NCBI GenBank assembly: GCA_964486505.1
Contig: CAZAMC010000003.1
Location: forward strand, 139,120 to 203,119
DNA: 64,000 nt
Reading direction: 5' to 3'
Origin: an uncultured Gammaproteobacteria bacterium
Lineage (GTDB): Bacteria; Patescibacteriota; Patescibacteriia; PEXW01
In this document: positions 59,055 through 64,000 of the stretch, in pieces
Position numbering within the stretch: position 1 is the stretch's first letter
Layout of the letters: the number at the start of each line of letters is the position of its first letter
Made by a program: the position numbers and the translations under genes
The notes under the pieces: generated by a model
The model's input: only the letters and a program-made list of their open reading frames with translations
Database searches by the model: none
What the model was told of the DNA's origin: nothing

Positions 59055-59065
59055 TCCTTAACTCT

Positions 59066-59737
59066 ATGATTACTGTCCAAAAACTCTCAAAATCATTTAC
59101 CAGTGCGGGGAGCAAGGTGCACGCCCTCCGTGATGTAAGCTTCCAAGTAGAGCCCGGTCAGCTGGTTGCAGTCATTGGCAAGAGCGGCAGCGGCAAGAGC
59201 ACCTTGCTGGCGCTCCTCGGCGCACTCGATGCGCCAACCGACGGCGCCGTAATGGTCGGGCAAGATGATGTCACGCAATACCGTGGCCGCAAACTCCTGG
59301 CGTACCGCCGTGACACGATTGGCTTCGTCTTCCAGAACTACAACCTGGTGCCAAACCTTTCCGCACTCGAGAACGTCATGCTCCCCATGGAGTTTGCCGG
59401 AAAAGCCGCCAAGGAGCGCCACCGCCGCGCCACCCACCTCCTCAACCAAGTGGGTCTCACGGGCGACAAGCTCAAGCGCACCCCGGGCCGGCTCTCCGGC
59501 GGTGAGCAGCAGCGCGTGGCCATTGCCCGGGCGCTTGCCAACCAACCCAAACTCATCCTGGCCGATGAGCCAACCGGCAACCTGGACACGGCCACCAGCC
59601 AGCACATCGTGGAACTGCTGCGCTCGCTCGCGCGCTCCGAACAGACTACCATCATCACCGTCACCCACGATCCAGCCGTTGCCCAGCACGCCGACGTCAC
59701 CTACCAACTGCAGGATGGAAAACTCGTGAAAACGTAA
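59066..59737 (+). CDS. ABC ATP-binding protein (LolD/MacB-like)
   Basis: GKSGSGKST, LSGGEQQR and ADEPTGNLD motifs. Confidence 0.94.
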   Translation: MITVQKLSKSFTSAGSKVHALRDVSFQVEPGQLVAVIGKSGSGKSTLLALLGALDAPTDGAVMVGQDDVTQYRGRKLLAYRRDTIGFVFQNYNLVPNLSALENVMLPMEFAGKAAKERHRRATHLLNQVGLTGDKLKRTPGRLSGGEQQRVAIARALANQPKLILADEPTGNLDTATSQHIVELLRSLARSEQTTIITVTHDPAVAQHADVTYQLQDGKLVKT

Positions 59738-59831
59738 AACTGTTCAAGCACTAAGCCGGTGGTTAGCCCGGCTTTTTGCTATATGAAAAGCCCGGCTTGG
59801 AAAGTCGGACTTAACGTACTCAAGAAATGTG

Positions 59832-60062
59832 CTACTTCACGATTACGCCGCGATCCCGGAGAAGAGCCTCCAATTTGCGGATGTACTTTGCGGTTGTCAG
59901 GTAGAACAACAAGAGCACTGCACCTTCAAACCACATATGCTCAAAAGCGGCTTTCCAGTTAGCCGGAGGGACTAATGCTTGGTATGCATATGAACCAATA
60001 GCGAAACCAAGAAATGTGCCCAACGCAGCCCTTTTGTACCACCACATTTTGCTAAACCACAT
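59832..60062 (-). CDS. Small membrane protein
   Basis: SD AAGGAG, TTGACA promoter, two TMs. Confidence 0.6.
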   Translation of the reverse strand: MWFSKMWWYKRAALGTFLGFAIGSYAYQALVPPANWKAAFEHMWFEGAVLLLFYLTTAKYIRKLEALLRDRGVIVK

Positions 60063-60215
60063 GTTGTCTCCTTGCCCACAGAGTTTTGTTTTCTTTACTG
60101 GGTGTACAACGCTAAGCCAGCCATGTCAAGCAAGGTCGCATCTATATTCCACCACTCCCCATCAACGTTGGTATCGTCCCGCTCACACCTAGTAAAATCT
60201 GGGTATACTACGAAC

Positions 60216-60842
60216 ATGCCGAATCATGAGGTGGAAAAACCGAACGAGCATACCACTGGCTTGTTATGCCTCATGAGCATGCTGGGCTTGTATATCGTGC
60301 TCATCCTCCTGCTGGATGGCAGCCGTGTGAGCCGGAGCCTAATCTCGGCCGCTCTTGTCCTCACAGCAGCGGGCTGGGGGCTGCTCAATGCTCGACGAAG
60401 TGAATTTTTGCTCCAAGCACTCGGAGCAAAACCGCGCTGGCGGGCAACTATTGTGTTCACCATTATCACGTTCGTCCTCGTCCGGCTGGCAGGTTACGGG
60501 TTCGCCGCTGCATTCCCTGCTCAGGCGATTTCCCTGCGGCATGACGTAGTGTCGTGGCCGTTCCTGGCCTTCTACTTCCTAGTGAGCATCCCGCTGCAGG
60601 AATTCGTGTTCCGCGGGTACGCACTCACCGCACTGGAGCGCTGGACCAAAAACTGGGTTGCTCCCGTCATCATCAGCTCTGGCATCTACGCCTTCTTCCA
60701 CCTCCACTACGGCTGGAAGCTCGCCCTCGCCGTTTTCCCGCTGGGTTTGCTCTTCGGGTACATCAAACACCACACCCACTCGCTAGTGTACGCCACTATC
60801 ACGCACGCTATTGTCGCTTTGGTGTTCTACTACCTCATCTAA
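60216..60842 (+). CDS. CPBP/CAAX intramembrane protease family protein
   Basis: QEFVFRG, FFH and H..V motifs. Confidence 0.85.
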   Translation: MPNHEVEKPNEHTTGLLCLMSMLGLYIVLILLLDGSRVSRSLISAALVLTAAGWGLLNARRSEFLLQALGAKPRWRATIVFTIITFVLVRLAGYGFAAAFPAQAISLRHDVVSWPFLAFYFLVSIPLQEFVFRGYALTALERWTKNWVAPVIISSGIYAFFHLHYGWKLALAVFPLGLLFGYIKHHTHSLVYATITHAIVALVFYYLI

Positions 60843-61375
60843 CCCGCCTTCGCCTGCAGCCGCTGCAGCCCTGCGCGGGCCTTTTCTAACTCCATGAGAA
60901 ACGATGGCACGTACTGCTCGGGGTGAGCCTGAATTTTTTGTACAAGCTCGTCCACTGGTACGGCCATAAATTCTTCCACTTCCTCATTCACCTGCGGAAT
61001 TTTATCACTCATGCCCACGAAAAGGTGTGAAAGCCGTCGGCGCAGCGAACCGTCTTCCCCCGGGAATTCGTTGAGGAAGGCTTCGACGAAGTGAAGGTCG
61101 CAGGTAAAACCCATTTCCTCTGCCATTTCCCGCTGGGCGCTCTCTTCGGGTTTCTCGCTGTGCACAATCCCGCCACATGCTGAAATATCCCACATACCGG
61201 GAAAGTGCTTCTTGGTCTTGGCGCGCTTCTGCGCCCACACTTCACCCTTGGGCGTAAAAATGAAGATGATGGCGTTGGGTGTAATGTGGTTGTCACGCTC
61301 GGCTTCTTCCCGCGTCACCGTACGCACGACATTGCCTTGCTCATCCATGACGTTGAGAACTTCGGTGTTGGACAT
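60839..61375 (-). CDS. NUDIX hydrolase (IDI-like)
   Basis: QKRAKTKKHFPGMWD..CGG and REMAEEMG motifs. Confidence 0.88.
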   Translation of the reverse strand: MSNTEVLNVMDEQGNVVRTVTREEAERDNHITPNAIIFIFTPKGEVWAQKRAKTKKHFPGMWDISACGGIVHSEKPEESAQREMAEEMGFTCDLHFVEAFLNEFPGEDGSLRRRLSHLFVGMSDKIPQVNEEVEEFMAVPVDELVQKIQAHPEQYVPSFLMELEKARAGLQRLQAKAG

Positions 61376-61392
61376 AATTTTTAAAGCTAACC

Positions 61393-61944
61393 TTAAATGA
61401 GTGTTTTAATTTTGCGAAACACTTCCAAAATATCTGGAACGAAAATCGAGGAAATGAAACGTTTTTTATCTTCCACGGAAATATTCAGTATCGTAGCAAT
61501 CGGCCATGCTTCGAAACCAGCTCCCTTGCCCTGTTCAACCTTTAATTTCTCAACTGGACCGTCATACTTATAGGCAAAGACTGCCCGTAAAACATTGTTG
61601 GTTCTGTTGGTAACTGAATCATAGGACTTATTCCTATGCGTCTTAATGTGCATCAATTTCTCTGACGAAACTTTAAGCCCCGTTTCTTCTTCAATTTCCT
61701 TAACTGCAGTAGTGACGTAATCATCGCCATTCTCTACGTGCCCACCAACTGTGGCATCGAGCAAGTCAGGAAAAGTGTCCTTATCTTTTGCCCGATGCTG
61801 AAAAATGATCTTGCCATCCGGGGTATAAAACCAAACATGAATCTCTTGATGCAAGAGCCCCTGAGCGTGCACATTCGCACGCGAATCTTCACCCAGGATA
61901 TTCCCATGTTCGTCTACAACATTGATATTGGGTTGGTCGGTCAT
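61393..61944 (-). CDS. NUDIX hydrolase (IDI-like), AT-richer than its neighbours
   Basis: HAQGLLH, FPDLLDATVGGH and KEIEEETG motifs. Confidence 0.88.
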   Translation of the reverse strand: MTDQPNINVVDEHGNILGEDSRANVHAQGLLHQEIHVWFYTPDGKIIFQHRAKDKDTFPDLLDATVGGHVENGDDYVTTAVKEIEEETGLKVSSEKLMHIKTHRNKSYDSVTNRTNNVLRAVFAYKYDGPVEKLKVEQGKGAGFEAWPIATILNISVEDKKRFISSIFVPDILEVFRKIKTLI

Positions 61945-61956
61945 ATATAAATGGTC

Positions 61957-62031
61957 TGGTACCCCCGGCAGGAGTCGAACCTACATCTTGGGCTTAGAAG
62001 TCCCTTGCACTATCCGTTGTGCTACGGGGGC
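61957..62031 (-). tRNA. tRNA-Arg(TCT)
   Basis: GCCCCCG...CGGGGGT-ACCA; anticodon loop CTTCTAA. Confidence 0.9.
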
Positions 62032-62066
62032 GTAGCGAGAAACTGTACGAGCTTACTGGCGGAGCG

Positions 62067-63020
62067 TCAATCTTCGTCCTTCTTCTCTTTCTTCCCTCTC
62101 CTATTGTGGAAGGCTTTGTACACCTCACGCAGCTGCTGGTTGGTGACGTGCGTGTAGATCTGCGTGGTGGTGATACTCGCGTGGCCGAGCATGGATTGCA
62201 CGGATCGAATATCCGCGCCGTTCATCAATAAATCGGTGGCGTAGCTGTGGCGCAACGTGTGCGGCGTGATGCGCTTGGTAATCCCTGCGGCTTTGGCGTA
62301 GTGCTGCACGATGCGCTGAATAGACCGCGGCGTGAGGGGCTTGAAATTCTCGGCCGAGCGTTTCATAGCCCGGTCGTGACGCAAAAACATCCACTCCTCA
62401 TCATCACTGCGCTGCTTGAGGTACTCGCCCACCCAGTGCCGCGCGTTGTGGCTGAGGAATACCACACGCAGTTTGCTGCCTTTGCCACGCACGGTGAACT
62501 CATCTTTCTCTAGGTTCACCTGGTCCTTCTTCAATCCTGCCAGCTCCGACACGCGCAAACCGGTGGAGAAGAGCAGCTCCAGAATTGCCTTATCACGAAT
62601 CTGGACGAGGTTCGGTTGATCGGTTTTCATTGGCGCTTCCAAGAAGCGCTCCAAGTCCGCCCCTTCCATAAAACTCACCTGTCGTTCTTGTTGCTTGGCG
62701 AGCTCTACTTTCTCGGATGAGAGCGTCGTAACGTCCCGTTTGGCTAGGTACTTCAGGAAGGCGCGCAGGGCAATGAGGTGGTAGTTGCGCGTGCTCGCTT
62801 TGAGCAGCTCCTTCTGCGGGTTGACCAGGCGATTAAGGTACAAACGGTACTGCCGAACTTTCTCCGAAGTAATGTCTTTTGGATCCTGCAACTTGCCCCA
62901 CGCCAAGAACCGGCGGAGGTAAAAGTCGTAATTCTTCACCGTGAGCGGGGAAACGTTCTTCTCGATTTCCAAGTACTCCAAAAATTCGGTGAGGAGCTTG
63001 GAGAGTTGGGGAACAGCCAT
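62067..63020 (-). CDS. XerC/XerD-family tyrosine recombinase
   Basis: TGLRVSEL, GKG.K.R, TPHTLRHSYAT and LGHASITTTQIY motifs. Confidence 0.93.
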   Translation of the reverse strand: MAVPQLSKLLTEFLEYLEIEKNVSPLTVKNYDFYLRRFLAWGKLQDPKDITSEKVRQYRLYLNRLVNPQKELLKASTRNYHLIALRAFLKYLAKRDVTTLSSEKVELAKQQERQVSFMEGADLERFLEAPMKTDQPNLVQIRDKAILELLFSTGLRVSELAGLKKDQVNLEKDEFTVRGKGSKLRVVFLSHNARHWVGEYLKQRSDDEEWMFLRHDRAMKRSAENFKPLTPRSIQRIVQHYAKAAGITKRITPHTLRHSYATDLLMNGADIRSVQSMLGHASITTTQIYTHVTNQQLREVYKAFHNRRGKKEKKDED

Positions 63021-63112
63021 AGCGCGGATATTGTACGACACTTTCCACTGACTGCCTAGCGGTTGGGAAAAGGCTCATTTGACGCTCTGCCCTGTACGCC
63101 GTACTCTGGAGG

Positions 63113-63231
63113 CTCAACGGTCAGTTTGTAGTTCTTTCGCCGGTTCCATTCCGGCCCGCTGATCAACGGTCTTGATCATGATTTCCTCCACGAAGCCCCC
63201 GGCTGCTACCCACAGCCGGGGTTATTCTTTT
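63113..63231 (+). ncRNA. Candidate small RNA
   Basis: TTGACG-17-TACTCT promoter, no credible ORF, CCCCGGCTG/CAGCCGGGG terminator plus U-tract. Confidence 0.4.
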
Positions 63232-63239
63232 CATAAGCC

Positions 63240-63268
63240 TTGACATTGGCGCCTTTCCCCGCTATAGT
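63240..63268 (+). promoter_or_regulatory. Sigma-70 promoter of rpsO
   Basis: TTGACA-17-TATAGT. Confidence 0.75.
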
Positions 63269-63347
63269 CTTGGCGACTCAATTCTCTAAGGTACGGCAGC
63301 TTGGTTCGGGACTTTCCCCGCTCTCGGCTCCCGCGAAAGGTCACGCT

Positions 63348-63647
63348 ATGCTCGACAAGACTGCGAAGGATAGGATTATCAAGAAGTTCAAGACCCACGA
63401 AGGGGACACGGGCTCACCCGAGGTCCAAATTGCCATACTCTCCCACGAAATCGAGCAGCTCACCGAGCACTTGAAGACCCACAAGAAGGACTTCAGCTCC
63501 CGCCGTGGCCTGCTGAAAAAAGTTGGCCAACGCCGCCGACTCCTCGTGTACCTCCAGCGCGAAGACAACACCCGGTTTGAGGAGCTCACCAAAAAGTTGA
63601 AACTCAAAGCCCAGACGTACATCATTCCCACCGCTCCCGCTGAATAA
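63348..63647 (+). CDS. rpsO: 30S ribosomal protein S15
   Basis: [10 protein letters not shown] and [13 protein letters not shown] motifs. Confidence 0.97.
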   Translation: MLDKTAKDRIIKKFKTHEGDTGSPEVQIAILSHEIEQLTEHLKTHKKDFSSRRGLLKKVGQRRRLLVYLQREDNTRFEELTKKLKLKAQTYIIPTAPAE

Positions 63648-64000
63648 TGATCTCCATAGCAGACCAACGCATTGGTGTCTTCGTAGACCTCTCTAACCTC
63701 TACCATTCGGCCCGACGGCTCCACGGCGGTCGGCCAAATTTTGGCGCTATCCTGGAGAAGGGTGTGGGGGATCGAAAACTTATTCGCGCGTTTGCCTACG
63801 GCATAACCAACCAAACACCGGAAGAGGAAAAGTTCTTCGAGACTCTCACCAAGCAGGGCTACGAACTCCGGATGAAAGAGCTTCAGGTGTTCGGCGACGG
63901 TACGAAAAAGGGCGACTGGGACATTGGTATCGCCATCGACGCTCTGCGGTACGCCAAGAAAGTCGACGTGGTCATCCTGGTGACTGGTGACGGCGACTTC
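63647..64000 (+). CDS. NYN/LabA-DUF88 PIN-like protein (partial, runs off the window)
   Basis: ATG overlaps the rpsO stop; VFVDLSNL, KGDWDIGIAID and VTGDGDF motifs. Confidence 0.9.
   Translation, partial: MISIADQRIGVFVDLSNLYHSARRLHGGRPNFGAILEKGVGDRKLIRAFAYGITNQTPEEEKFFETLTKQGYELRMKELQVFGDGTKKGDWDIGIAIDALRYAKKVDVVILVTGDGDF

Noticed and set aside
61957-63020. Integrative element (tyrosine recombinase next to a tRNA)
   Set aside because: The protein looks like housekeeping XerC/D; I saw no duplicated tRNA 3' end (att) and no phage or conjugation genes

Overview
Chromosomal DNA (genetic code 11) that looks like a Patescibacteria/CPR-type genome. This is an inference from the giant surface proteins, PilT plus a minor-pilin trio, compact housekeeping clusters and largely SD-less genes. 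The window holds about 58 CDS, including a >1350-aa surface protein on the minus strand that runs off the left edge and is missing from the ORF track. Others include fba, glpX, murI, gdh, trxA, two trxB-like genes, infB-rbfA, nrnA, clpP, rny-ymdB-hup, pilT, a stand-alone fabH, two sigma factors, a two-component system with ABC exporters, a Xer recombinase and rpsO. It also holds nine tRNA genes and two perfect parS palindromes. The most unusual signals are: (1) a ~130-nt two-hairpin element with covarying stems starting exactly after the CCA of three different tRNAs; (2) a partial tRNA-Val copy split by two palindromic insertions just upstream of the intact gene; (3) a PilX-like pilin whose Cys-rich insert has an exact nested ('matryoshka') cysteine count; (4) two distinct expression architectures, leaderless core genes versus TTGAC+SD single-gene cassettes; (5) a candidate sRNA between the xer gene and rpsO. 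No CRISPR array, rRNA, transposase or prophage was seen.
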